From Clostridia bacterium (GTDB taxonomy: Bacteria; Bacillota; Clostridia; Oscillospirales; SIG627), in assembly GCA_017558945.1 (NCBI GenBank), contig JAFYTG010000194.1, positions 1-39,719 on the forward strand: 39,719 bases of DNA, given 5' to 3'. Positions 8,740 through 17,145 of this stretch are shown here, piece after piece (position 1 is the stretch's first letter; every line of letters starts with the position of its first letter). The position numbers and the translations under genes are program-made. The notes beneath the pieces are model-generated. The model did no database searches. It was not told the origin of the DNA and saw nothing but the letters and a program-made list of their open reading frames with translations.

Positions 8740-11079
8740 TTAATCCGTAATATTCGAGAAATGTCTGAACTCAACCAACACAACTGTTCCGCGGTCAACC
8801 ACCTCGCCGTGCTCGATTGACTGAGCAATCGACACCGCACTTTCGAGATATCCCGCGCCCGTACCTGCAATGCTGATGTTAAGTCCTGCATCAACGAGCG
8901 TCTTATTTGCAAGATACGCCGTCATACCGACAACGTTCGGAACCGTAACGAGCCCCGAGGTTACCTCGTCGGTATAAAGCACGACGGTGGAGCTTTGTGC
9001 AAGTCCCTCGCCCGCCTTGGGCACCTGACGGAGAACGCTCTCACCTGAGCCGATAATCTTGCACTTATATCCGTCCTCCTTGACCTGCTTTTCGGCAGAC
9101 TCAACCGACAGACCTATATAGCCTCCGACGGGATATTCTGCAATATGCTCGTCCTCTTCGCTGTACGATTGGTCAATGTCGAGATAAGGAAGCACCTCTG
9201 CCAGAACTCTTGATACAACGGGAGCGGCAATTGTACCTCCGTAATAGGTGCCGACGGGCTCGTCAATAAGCACCATACAAGCAACCTGAGGGTCGTCTGC
9301 AGGAGCAAAAGCAACGCAGGATGCGATATATTTGGTCTCACCCGTCTGTGTACGGATATCGGTCTTGACCGAGGTACCCGTTTTAGCGGCTACCGAATAG
9401 CCCTTAACGTATGCGTTACGGGATGAACCGCCGTTTTCAACGCCTCCCTGCATATAGGAGAGAACGGTTTGGCAGGTCTGCTCCGAGAGCACCTGACGCT
9501 TGGTATCGTTTCCAAAGGTATCAACAAGCTTTCCGTCCTCGTCAACCGTTCCCTTTACAACGTGAGGCGTTACGAGATATCCTCCGTTTGCAACCGAGCA
9601 AACTGCCGCAATATGCTGAATGGGAGTGACGGTAAAGGTCTGTCCGAAGGAGGATACCGCAAGCTCAACTCGGTTAAATGAATTATGCCAGATACCGATT
9701 CTTTCACCGGGAAGGTCAATTCCCGTCTTGCCGAGGTATCCGAACGCCTTGAAATATTCGTAGAATTTTTCCGTTCCTATTCGCAGACCCATGGTTACGA
9801 AAACGGGGTTGCAGGAATGCCAGAGCGATTCCTCGAAGGTCTGTATTCCGTGTCCCGAATGAAGGTGACAGTTAATGGGCTTGGGATAGCCCTCAACCAT
9901 TATAGAGCCGGTACAATTGAAATGCTCGTAGGATGCAACGAGCTTTTCCTCTATCGCCATTGACGCTGTAAGCATCTTGAAGGTTGAACCGGGCTCGTAG
10001 GTGTTGGTTATGAGACCGTTCTCCCAAAGTCCGTAAAGAAGCTCGTACATATAGTTATTCTTTTCCGCGTCCGTTCCGACGTAGGCATCGTATTTTCTCT
10101 GTGAAGCCTCATCAAGCACGTAGGGAGAATTACAGTCGAAATCGGGAAGACCTGCCATACCGAGTATCTCGCCCGTGTCAACGTCAACGACGATTCCCCA
10201 TACGCCCTCCTCAGCCTGAGTCTCCGAAAGAGCCGTCTCAAGATGCTTTTCGAGAATTTTCTGGACGCTGAGGTCAAGTGTGAGCATAAGGTTAGTTCCG
10301 TCAACCGTGGGAATGTAGGTCTCATATTTATAGGGCATCTGCTCGCCTACCGCATTCACAGCGGTGATAATCTTTCCGTCGGTGCCCGAAAGCTGTTCAT
10401 TGTATGACAGTTCAATTCCCGCAAGACCGCGGTTTTCAGCACCGGTAAAGCCAAGCACGTGACTTGCAACTCCGCCGTGAGGATAGCTTCTCTTGGTATC
10501 CTCCTGCATATGAACGAATCCCGTATAATGCTTTGCAACTATCTCCTCGCGGATTATATCGCAGGTTACGACGTCAACCTTCTGCTTTATCGTCTCATCC
10601 TTGCGGTTTACCTTAGCCGCCTTCTCGAGAATCATATTCTTGTCCACCTCAAGAAGCTCTGACAAAAATATCGCTACATCCTCGCTAACGGTTATCGAGG
10701 TATTATCGTAAAGTGAATTAAGACGCTTTCTCTCCCTTTCCTTTTCCTCTACGGTGGCGTTCATTTCCTCAACGTAGGTGTCAATATACTCACGCACAGT
10801 CATTTTTGGAATATCGTGAGGAGAAATGAAAACTCGTTCAACCGTTGTGGATACGGCAAGAATATTCATCTGTCTGTCGTACACGGTGCCTCGGGAGGCG
10901 CTTACGGTACTTACAGCCGTCGCCTGATTGATAGCCTTGTTCTGATATTTATCGTACTGAAAAATCATAATCTGAACAAGTCTGCCAATAAGAACAAGTG
11001 CCAACAAAAGCATTAAGCCGAAAAAGTAACTGCTTTTTTTATTTATTTCACGGCGTGATACCTGAATTTTGTATTTCAT
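8740..11079 (-). CDS. Class B penicillin-binding protein (SpoVD/FtsI type) with C-terminal PASTA domains
   Basis: N-terminal TM, RGTVYDR, YEPGSTFK (SxxK), SCN (SxN), KTGT, PASTA-like VPNVVG repeat. Confidence 0.92.
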   Translation of the reverse strand: MKYKIQVSRREINKKSSYFFGLMLLLALVLIGRLVQIMIFQYDKYQNKAINQATAVSTVSASRGTVYDRQMNILAVSTTVERVFISPHDIPKMTVREYIDTYVEEMNATVEEKERERKRLNSLYDNTSITVSEDVAIFLSELLEVDKNMILEKAAKVNRKDETIKQKVDVVTCDIIREEIVAKHYTGFVHMQEDTKRSYPHGGVASHVLGFTGAENRGLAGIELSYNEQLSGTDGKIITAVNAVGEQMPYKYETYIPTVDGTNLMLTLDLSVQKILEKHLETALSETQAEEGVWGIVVDVDTGEILGMAGLPDFDCNSPYVLDEASQRKYDAYVGTDAEKNNYMYELLYGLWENGLITNTYEPGSTFKMLTASMAIEEKLVASYEHFNCTGSIMVEGYPKPINCHLHSGHGIQTFEESLWHSCNPVFVTMGLRIGTEKFYEYFKAFGYLGKTGIDLPGERIGIWHNSFNRVELAVSSFGQTFTVTPIQHIAAVCSVANGGYLVTPHVVKGTVDEDGKLVDTFGNDTKRQVLSEQTCQTVLSYMQGGVENGGSSRNAYVKGYSVAAKTGTSVKTDIRTQTGETKYIASCVAFAPADDPQVACMVLIDEPVGTYYGGTIAAPVVSRVLAEVLPYLDIDQSYSEEDEHIAEYPVGGYIGLSVESAEKQVKEDGYKCKIIGSGESVLRQVPKAGEGLAQSSTVVLYTDEVTSGLVTVPNVVGMTAYLANKTLVDAGLNISIAGTGAGYLESAVSIAQSIEHGEVVDRGTVVLVEFRHFSNITD

Positions 11080-11165
11080 TTTTTCCTCCGTTATTAAAAA
11101 TAGGCAAAAAGAGTAAAGAGACCTTTAATATTCCCTTTACTCTTAATTTCACTATTATGCTTTTA

Positions 11166-11834
11166 CTAATTGATGTATGACAACATATTGGAAACTGCTC
11201 GTCCGAAGCCTGACATCAAAACGCCTGCCGCACTCTCGTCATCACCCGTATCCATTATCTGTATACGGTCATCATTGTCCGAGGTTATATATTCCTTGGG
11301 AAGCTGGTCTGCACTGACCATTCCGTACTCGTCACGGGCAATGCGTTCAATCTCCTCAAGATTATAAAGCTTGTTCTTTTCAAACTCAAGGTCGTTTTGT
11401 CTGCTCTTAAGCTCTACCAGTGTGCTGTTACAATCCGAAATCGTAGCGTTAAGATTTGATACCTCAACGCAAAGGTGCACAACGTAAGCCATAATAATGA
11501 CAACAGTAAGAACTAATATTACGTAACTCCAAATCGGGAAGGGTGCTACCGCTCTTTCAGCCTTGGCTCGCGACGGAGCTTCCGCATCTCTTCTTGCGGC
11601 ACGGAAGCGTGCCTGAATAGGAGTTCTTGAAAGGGTGTTGTTAAGACGTTCCTTGTTACGCGCTGTATGACGGGCGCCTGCGATATCCTGACCGCCGTTT
11701 ACACGTCGGGGCTTAGTTGCGGGAACGTATCCCTCGGACTGTAACAAATCCTCAGCAAGCTCTTTTTCGTCCGCTTTATTGACGGGACGTTTTTTAATAA
11801 GTATATCGTCGCCAATCGTGTAATTGTCAGCCAT
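11166..11834 (-). CDS. FtsL/DivIC-like septum protein with a long cytoplasmic N-terminus
   Basis: TM helix, then coiled coil and LEEIERIARDEYGMV; position between rsmH and the PBP. Confidence 0.7.
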   Translation of the reverse strand: MADNYTIGDDILIKKRPVNKADEKELAEDLLQSEGYVPATKPRRVNGGQDIAGARHTARNKERLNNTLSRTPIQARFRAARRDAEAPSRAKAERAVAPFPIWSYVILVLTVVIIMAYVVHLCVEVSNLNATISDCNSTLVELKSRQNDLEFEKNKLYNLEEIERIARDEYGMVSADQLPKEYITSDNDDRIQIMDTGDDESAAGVLMSGFGRAVSNMLSYIN

Positions 11835-11864
11835 CGCCTTTTCCTTTCCTAATATATCTTAATA

Positions 11865-12791
11865 TTATAATTTTTCCGCAAACCTGAGTCTTGCACTTCT
11901 CGAGCGGTTGTTCTCGTCCAGCTCTCTCTTTCCTGCCGTCAAAGCCTTAAACACCTTGAGTGTCGGCTTGAATCCGCATACGCAAACGGGAAAGCTCGGA
12001 GGACAGGTACAGCCCTTCGTCCTCTCGGCAAACACCTCCTTGACGGCTCTGTCCTCAAGTGAATGGAAGGTGATGATAGCCACTCTTCCGCCCTCTCCGA
12101 CACAGTCAACCATATCCGACACGGCATCACGAAGTGCGCCTATCTCGTCGTTGACCTCAATTCTGATAGCCTGGAAGGTACGGCGTGCGGGATGCTTCTC
12201 CTTGAGATAGGAGGAGGGCACGCTTGCCTTGATTATATCTACCAATTCAAAGGTAGTGGTAATTCTTTTTGTTTCTCTCGCCTGCACGATTCCCTTTGCA
12301 ATTCGTGCAGCCCATTTTTCCTCGCCCCAATCGAAAAGAATTCGTCGAAGCTCGGATTCAGGATACTCGTTGACCACCTGCTCGGCATCAAGAGAATCCT
12401 CTCTATTCATCCTCATATCAAGAAAAGCATTGTGATGGAAGGAAAATCCACGCTCTGCGGTATCCAATTGATAGGATGACACGCCGAGATCCGCCGTGAC
12501 TCCTTCCACCGAATCAATGCCAAGGGAGGAAAGAATTTGCTTAATATTTTTGTAATTGTCGTGTACAAACGTAATTTTATCAAGATAAGGCTCAAGACGC
12601 TTCTTCGACGCTTCGATAGCATCGGTATCACGGTCTATACAAATAAGTCTGCCCGTCGTCAGCCTTTTGACTATCTCAAGGGAATGTCCGCCACCGCCGA
12701 GAGTACAGTCAACGTAGGTACCCGTCGGGTCAATGTCAAGTGCGTCAAGCGTTTCTTCAAGTAAAACTGAATAATGGTTGAACTCGCTCAT
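11865..12791 (-). CDS. rsmH: 16S rRNA m4C1402 methyltransferase
   Basis: HYSVLLEE, VDCTLGGGGHS, DLGVSSYQLD, FQAIRIEVN, FHSLEDR, RSRSARLR. Confidence 0.97.
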   Translation of the reverse strand: MSEFNHYSVLLEETLDALDIDPTGTYVDCTLGGGGHSLEIVKRLTTGRLICIDRDTDAIEASKKRLEPYLDKITFVHDNYKNIKQILSSLGIDSVEGVTADLGVSSYQLDTAERGFSFHHNAFLDMRMNREDSLDAEQVVNEYPESELRRILFDWGEEKWAARIAKGIVQARETKRITTTFELVDIIKASVPSSYLKEKHPARRTFQAIRIEVNDEIGALRDAVSDMVDCVGEGGRVAIITFHSLEDRAVKEVFAERTKGCTCPPSFPVCVCGFKPTLKVFKALTAGKRELDENNRSRSARLRFAEKL

Positions 12792-13210
12792 CAGAAATCA
12801 AGCTCCTCAAGAGCTGCAAGAATGGATGCCTCGCTGAGACTTTCGTTATAAGCATTCCAATTTTCAACGCTCCATATCTCGCCTCTGTTCTCAATACCTA
12901 TAATCATAACCTCTTTTTCAAGTCCTGCAAATTCGCGAAGCTCCTGAGGTACGACTACTCGTCCCTGAGAATCACAGGTAACCTCTGCGGCGCTTGAGCA
13001 AAGATATCTCATAATATCGTCGGTCTTGAGCTTGGGAAGGGCTTTGAGCTTGCTGATATACTCTTCCCATTCCTGCGGAGAGAATATATTTATGCATTTA
13101 TGCTTAACGCTTTTGATGAGAATAAACTCCTCACCCTGCTTTTCACGGAATTTGGAGGGGATAAAAACTCTGCCCTTGGCATCAATACTGTACGGAAAAT
13201 TGCCGAGCAT
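12791..13210 (-). CDS. mraZ: dcw cluster transcriptional repressor MraZ
   Basis: Two DxxGR motifs (DAKGRV, DSQGRV) and EIW; first gene of the dcw cluster. Confidence 0.95.
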   Translation of the reverse strand: MLGNFPYSIDAKGRVFIPSKFREKQGEEFILIKSVKHKCINIFSPQEWEEYISKLKALPKLKTDDIMRYLCSSAAEVTCDSQGRVVVPQELREFAGLEKEVMIIGIENRGEIWSVENWNAYNESLSEASILAALEELDF

Positions 13211-13265
13211 AACGTATCCTCCCTTCCAAATTTTAACTTTTGTGGGAAAATCACGGTAAATTTAA

Positions 13266-13328
13266 TCATTTTAAACCATTTCCCACCACCGTTGGTTATA
13301 GTATAACGCAGGAAAAGGAAAAATGCAA
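13266..13328 (-). promoter_or_regulatory. dcw promoter with putative MraZ boxes
   Basis: TTGCAT (13328-13323), 17 nt, TATACT (13305-13300); downstream GTGG/ATGG/ATGA at exact 10-nt period (13289, 13279, 13269). Confidence 0.6.
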
Positions 13329-13358
13329 GAGTTTTTTACTCATTAAATAAAATTTTTT

Positions 13359-13841
13359 TCATTTTCCTGCGTAAAATTTTTCGACAGTTTTTTGTGCATT
13401 TTGCGGTATAAGGACTTTCCAGTCCCCCGACTGCTCCAAAAGTGCACGCACCTTGGTGGAGGAGGTATCGTTTTCGGAGGGCTCTGACGGTAAAATAAGG
13501 GTTTCAACACCGCACTTGCCGAAGTTAAAGCACGCCATATCACGCTCGTAGGCAAAATCCCTCTCGTTGCGTACTCCCTTGACGAGCACGCAGGGCTTAT
13601 GAGCCTCAAGATATTCGTAAAGCCAGCCCGAATGAATTTCGGCTGTAACGTTGTGAATATCCGAAAAAGCCTCCCTGACGATTTCAAGTCTCTCCTCCGA
13701 GGTGAAGATATAGCTTTTTTCAAAGTTCTGACAGACCAGTACTATCACTTGCTCAAAGAGCTTGGACGCTCTCAGAACGAGCGAATAATGTCCCGTGGTC
13801 AACGGATCAAAGCTTCCGGGGATTATGGCAAGACGGCTCAT
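13359..13841 (-). CDS. coaD: Phosphopantetheine adenylyltransferase
   Basis: AIIPGSFDPLTTGH, KGVRNERDFAYE, SSTKVR. Confidence 0.95.
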   Translation of the reverse strand: MSRLAIIPGSFDPLTTGHYSLVLRASKLFEQVIVLVCQNFEKSYIFTSEERLEIVREAFSDIHNVTAEIHSGWLYEYLEAHKPCVLVKGVRNERDFAYERDMACFNFGKCGVETLILPSEPSENDTSSTKVRALLEQSGDWKVLIPQNAQKTVEKFYAGK

Positions 13842-14386
13842 TTTCTGCCCACCGCGTGTATATATGTCTTACCGTATTTGTATCTCTTCTTGACCTCTGC
13901 ACCAACCGCATCGAGTGCCTCAAGGTCAAGCTCGGGCTTATCATTTTCACAAAGGATAACACCGTCCTCAGCAAGTGCTCCGTAGCGAAGTATCTTCTTG
14001 ACTATCTCGGGCATTATGTCCATATGATAGGGCGGATCAACGAAAATAAAATGGAACGTTTCTTTATTCTTTTTAAGAAAATCGGTATAGTCCATACGGG
14101 CTACCCTGCACTGTGAAAAGAGCTTGGCTCTCTGTGCGTTACGCTTTACCATCTCAACCGATTTTTCCGACTCGTCAATAAATACCGCAAGCTCTGCACC
14201 TCGGCTAAGCGCTTCGAGTCCAAGCTGACCGCTTCCCGCAAACAAATCAAGCACGCGTCTGCCGTCAAGGTCGAACTGTATCGAGCTGAAGAGTCCCTCC
14301 TTCGCCATCTCGGTGGTGGGTCTTACCGCATCACCCGCAACGGTGTCAAGATGGGTGCCTCTTGCCTTTCCCGTAATTATTCTCAT
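13838..14386 (-). CDS. rsmD: 16S rRNA m2G966 methyltransferase
   Basis: MRIITGKARG, RPTT, LDLFAGSGQLGLEALSRGA, DPPY. Confidence 0.95.
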   Translation of the reverse strand: MRIITGKARGTHLDTVAGDAVRPTTEMAKEGLFSSIQFDLDGRRVLDLFAGSGQLGLEALSRGAELAVFIDESEKSVEMVKRNAQRAKLFSQCRVARMDYTDFLKKNKETFHFIFVDPPYHMDIMPEIVKKILRYGALAEDGVILCENDKPELDLEALDAVGAEVKKRYKYGKTYIHAVGRK

Positions 14387-14467
14387 TTATGTCAACTCCT
14401 TTGTATCCAATTACTCCAAAAAAATTCGTTTTTCTCTATAAAATATGCTATTTTTCCATATACATTT

Positions 14468-14496
14468 ATCTTAATATATTAAACTGAAAATGTCAA
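14468..14496 (-). promoter_or_regulatory. sigma-A promoter of rsmD-coaD
   Basis: TTGACA (14496-14491), 17 nt, TAAGAT (14473-14468). Confidence 0.55.
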
Positions 14497-14632
14497 GTTT
14501 TTAACAAAAATATATTTTGAACAATTTTATTCTAAAAAACCTTGACATTTCCCATATTTGCAGAAAATATTCCCAAACTATCAAGTTTATCCCAAAAATT
14601 ATACGAAAGTGTTTCAGACATTCCGAAAAATA

Positions 14633-14661
14633 TTGACTTATAATACCTTGTATGGTAAAAT
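14633..14661 (+). promoter_or_regulatory. sigma-A promoter of the aminotransferase gene
   Basis: TTGACT (14633-14638), 17 nt, TGg-TAAAAT (14656-14661). Confidence 0.6.
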
Positions 14662-14690
14662 TTTAATATATTATTTTAAAGGAGATAACT

Positions 14691-15905
14691 ATGGAAGAAA
14701 TTAAGCGTTCAGATAAACTTCAATACGTTCATTCAGATATAAGAGGTCCCGTTTTCATTGAGGCTCTCAAAATGGAAAAGGAGGGCACGAAGGTATTAAA
14801 GCTCAACACGGGTAACCCCGCAACCTTCGGATTTAAAATGCCCGACAGTGTAAGAAACGCACTTCTTGAAAACGCAGACAAGGCGGTTGCTTATTGCGAC
14901 CTCAGAGGTATGCCCGCCGCAAGAGATGCGATTTACGAATACCACAAGAAGAAAGGTATCGAAAAGCTCAACCGTGACCACATCTTCATCGGTAACGGTG
15001 TAAGCGAGCTTGTATCTATGGTTACCACCGCACTCGTTAACTACGGAGACGAGGTGCTCGTTCCCTGCCCCTGCTATTCTCTCTGGACAAACACCATAAG
15101 AATTGCAGGCGGTGTACCCGTACACTACGTTTGCGACGAATCATCCGATTGGTACCCCGACCTTAACGACATCAGAAGCAAGATAACTCCCAAGACCCGT
15201 GCAATCGTTATCATCAACCCCAACAACCCCACGGGCGCGCTCTATCCCGACGAGGTGCTTCTTGAGATAATCAAGATTGCAAAGGAGCACAACCTCATCA
15301 TCTGCGCAGACGAAATTTACGACAGACTTCTCCTTGACAGAAAGAAGCACACCGCTCTTGCATCCCTCTCGGGCGACCTTCCCGTAATCACCTTCAACGG
15401 ACTTTCAAAGTCTCACATCATCTGCGGATTCCGTTGCGGATGGATGTGCGTAAGCGGTGACACTACAAAATGCGAGGACTTCATTCAGGGTCTTGTTGCA
15501 CTTGCGGCAATGCGTCTTTGCTCGAATGCACTTATGCAGCTCGTTATTCCCGCGGCACTCGAGGACAACGCAAGCACGCAGGCAATGATGGTACCGGGCG
15601 GACGTCTCTACGATCAGCGCGAGGCTTGCTGCGCGGCAATGGACAAGATTGACGATATCAGCTACGTCAAGAACTCGGGCGCGTTCTACATCTTCCCGAA
15701 ATTTGACGCAAAGAAGCACAACATAACAAACGACAAGCAATTCGCATTTGATCTTCTCAAGGCAAAGCATATACTCATCGTACCCGGCAGCGGCTTCGAT
15801 TGGCCCGACCCCGACCACTTCCGTGTGGTTATGCTTCCCGAGGCTGAAAAGCTTCACGACGCTATGCTTGAGATAGGCGATTTCCTTGAAACCTATCATC
15901 AGTGA
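14691..15905 (+). CDS. PLP-dependent class I/II aminotransferase, AlaA/YfbQ-like
   Basis: DIRGPV, LKLNTGNP, GNGVSEL, INPNNPTG, DEIYD, NGLSKSH (PLP lysine), GFRCGW. Confidence 0.88.
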   Translation: MEEIKRSDKLQYVHSDIRGPVFIEALKMEKEGTKVLKLNTGNPATFGFKMPDSVRNALLENADKAVAYCDLRGMPAARDAIYEYHKKKGIEKLNRDHIFIGNGVSELVSMVTTALVNYGDEVLVPCPCYSLWTNTIRIAGGVPVHYVCDESSDWYPDLNDIRSKITPKTRAIVIINPNNPTGALYPDEVLLEIIKIAKEHNLIICADEIYDRLLLDRKKHTALASLSGDLPVITFNGLSKSHIICGFRCGWMCVSGDTTKCEDFIQGLVALAAMRLCSNALMQLVIPAALEDNASTQAMMVPGGRLYDQREACCAAMDKIDDISYVKNSGAFYIFPKFDAKKHNITNDKQFAFDLLKAKHILIVPGSGFDWPDPDHFRVVMLPEAEKLHDAMLEIGDFLETYHQ

Positions 15906-16107
15906 TACAAAAAGTGTTAAAAGCTTTGATTTTAACGAGGTTTTTATCACAAAAACTTGACTTTTTTTGATTTATCCCGACTTTTATGTTTGTTTTGTGT
16001 TGACTTTATATGCTTTTATGGTGTATAATATCATTGGAAACAAATGTAGCCATTAGCGGTATATCCGCATACTGCTATCGGCAAGTTATAAAACGGAGGA
16101 AAATATT

Positions 16108-17043
16108 ATGTTAGTTAACATGAACGAGGTACTCTACCCTGCTAAGAAGAATAAGTACGGCGTAGGTCTTTTCAATGCAGTAAGCATGGAGCTTGCAAGA
16201 GGTATCATTCAGGCGGCAGAGCAGACAGGCTCTCCCGTTATTATGGGTACCGCAGAGGTGCTTCTCCCCTACTGTCCTCTTGAGGAGGTTTCCTACTACC
16301 TTATCCCTATGGCAAAGAAGGCAAGAGTTCCGATTGTTGCTCACCTTGACCACGGTCTCAAGAAGGAAACCTGCATCAAGGCTCTTGAGCTTGGCTTTAC
16401 GTCCATTATGTACGACTGCTCTACCGATTCCTATGAGGATAACGTAAGAAAGGTTCGTGAGATGGCAGACATCGCACACTCCTACGGAGCTACCATCGAG
16501 GGTGAGCTTGGACACGTAGGCGGTGTTGAGGGTGGCACGGGTGCAGATCAGGAAGAGGATCCCACCAAGTACTACACCGATCCCGAGCAGGCATACGATT
16601 TCGTTACAAGAACCAAGGTTGACGCGCTTGCAATTGCAGTAGGTACCGCACACGGTGCATACAAGCTTCCCCCCAAGCTCGACTTCAACAGAATTGAGAC
16701 TATTGCAAATACCGTTGACGTACCCCTCGTTCTTCACGGCGGTTCAGGTCTTACCGATAACGATTTCAGAACTGCAATCGAAAAGGGTATTTCTAAGGTA
16801 AATATCTTTACCGATATCAATATTGCGGCAGTTGAGGCTGAATTCCGTGCGTTCACTGATATGAACAAGGGTATCACCGACCTCATCCCTGCGGCAGTTG
16901 AAGCTATCCGCAAGGCAGTTGTAGAAAAGCTCGAGCTCTTCAATAGCTGCGGAAGAGGCTATCAGCAGAGCGCAAACGATATGGACATCAACGAACTCGT
17001 TGCAAAGGTTACCGCTGAGGTCCTCAAGCATATGGGCAAATAA
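16108..17043 (+). CDS. Class II ketose-bisphosphate aldolase with C-terminal amphipathic tail
   Basis: AHLDHG, EGELG, VGTAHG, LVLHGGSG, KVNI; extra tail MDINELVAKVTAEVLKHMGK. Confidence 0.9.
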   Translation: MLVNMNEVLYPAKKNKYGVGLFNAVSMELARGIIQAAEQTGSPVIMGTAEVLLPYCPLEEVSYYLIPMAKKARVPIVAHLDHGLKKETCIKALELGFTSIMYDCSTDSYEDNVRKVREMADIAHSYGATIEGELGHVGGVEGGTGADQEEDPTKYYTDPEQAYDFVTRTKVDALAIAVGTAHGAYKLPPKLDFNRIETIANTVDVPLVLHGGSGLTDNDFRTAIEKGISKVNIFTDINIAAVEAEFRAFTDMNKGITDLIPAAVEAIRKAVVEKLELFNSCGRGYQQSANDMDINELVAKVTAEVLKHMGK

Positions 17044-17053
17044 ATTCAAAAGT

Positions 17054-17082
17054 AAAGGAAAGCGGAAACGCTTTCCTTTTTT
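17054..17082 (+). terminator. Intrinsic terminator of the aldolase gene
   Basis: AAAGGAAAGCG-GAAA-CGCTTTCCTTT ending in a T run. Confidence 0.85.
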
Positions 17083-17086
17083 ATAC

Positions 17087-17120
17087 ACAAAAGCGTGATG
17101 CCTCGGCATCACGCTTTTGT
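17087..17120 (-). terminator. Intrinsic terminator of the GH127 gene (convergent, possibly bidirectional)
   Basis: 16-bp perfect arms ACAAAAGCGTGATGCC / GGCATCACGCTTTTGT. Confidence 0.75.
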
Positions 17121-17145
17121 TATGATATCATTAAAAGGTACGGCT

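Noticed and set aside
14555-14569. CodY-like box TATTTGCAGAAAATA upstream of the aminotransferase
   Set aside because: Three mismatches to AATTTTCWGAAAATT in a very AT-rich region; not distinguishable from chance.
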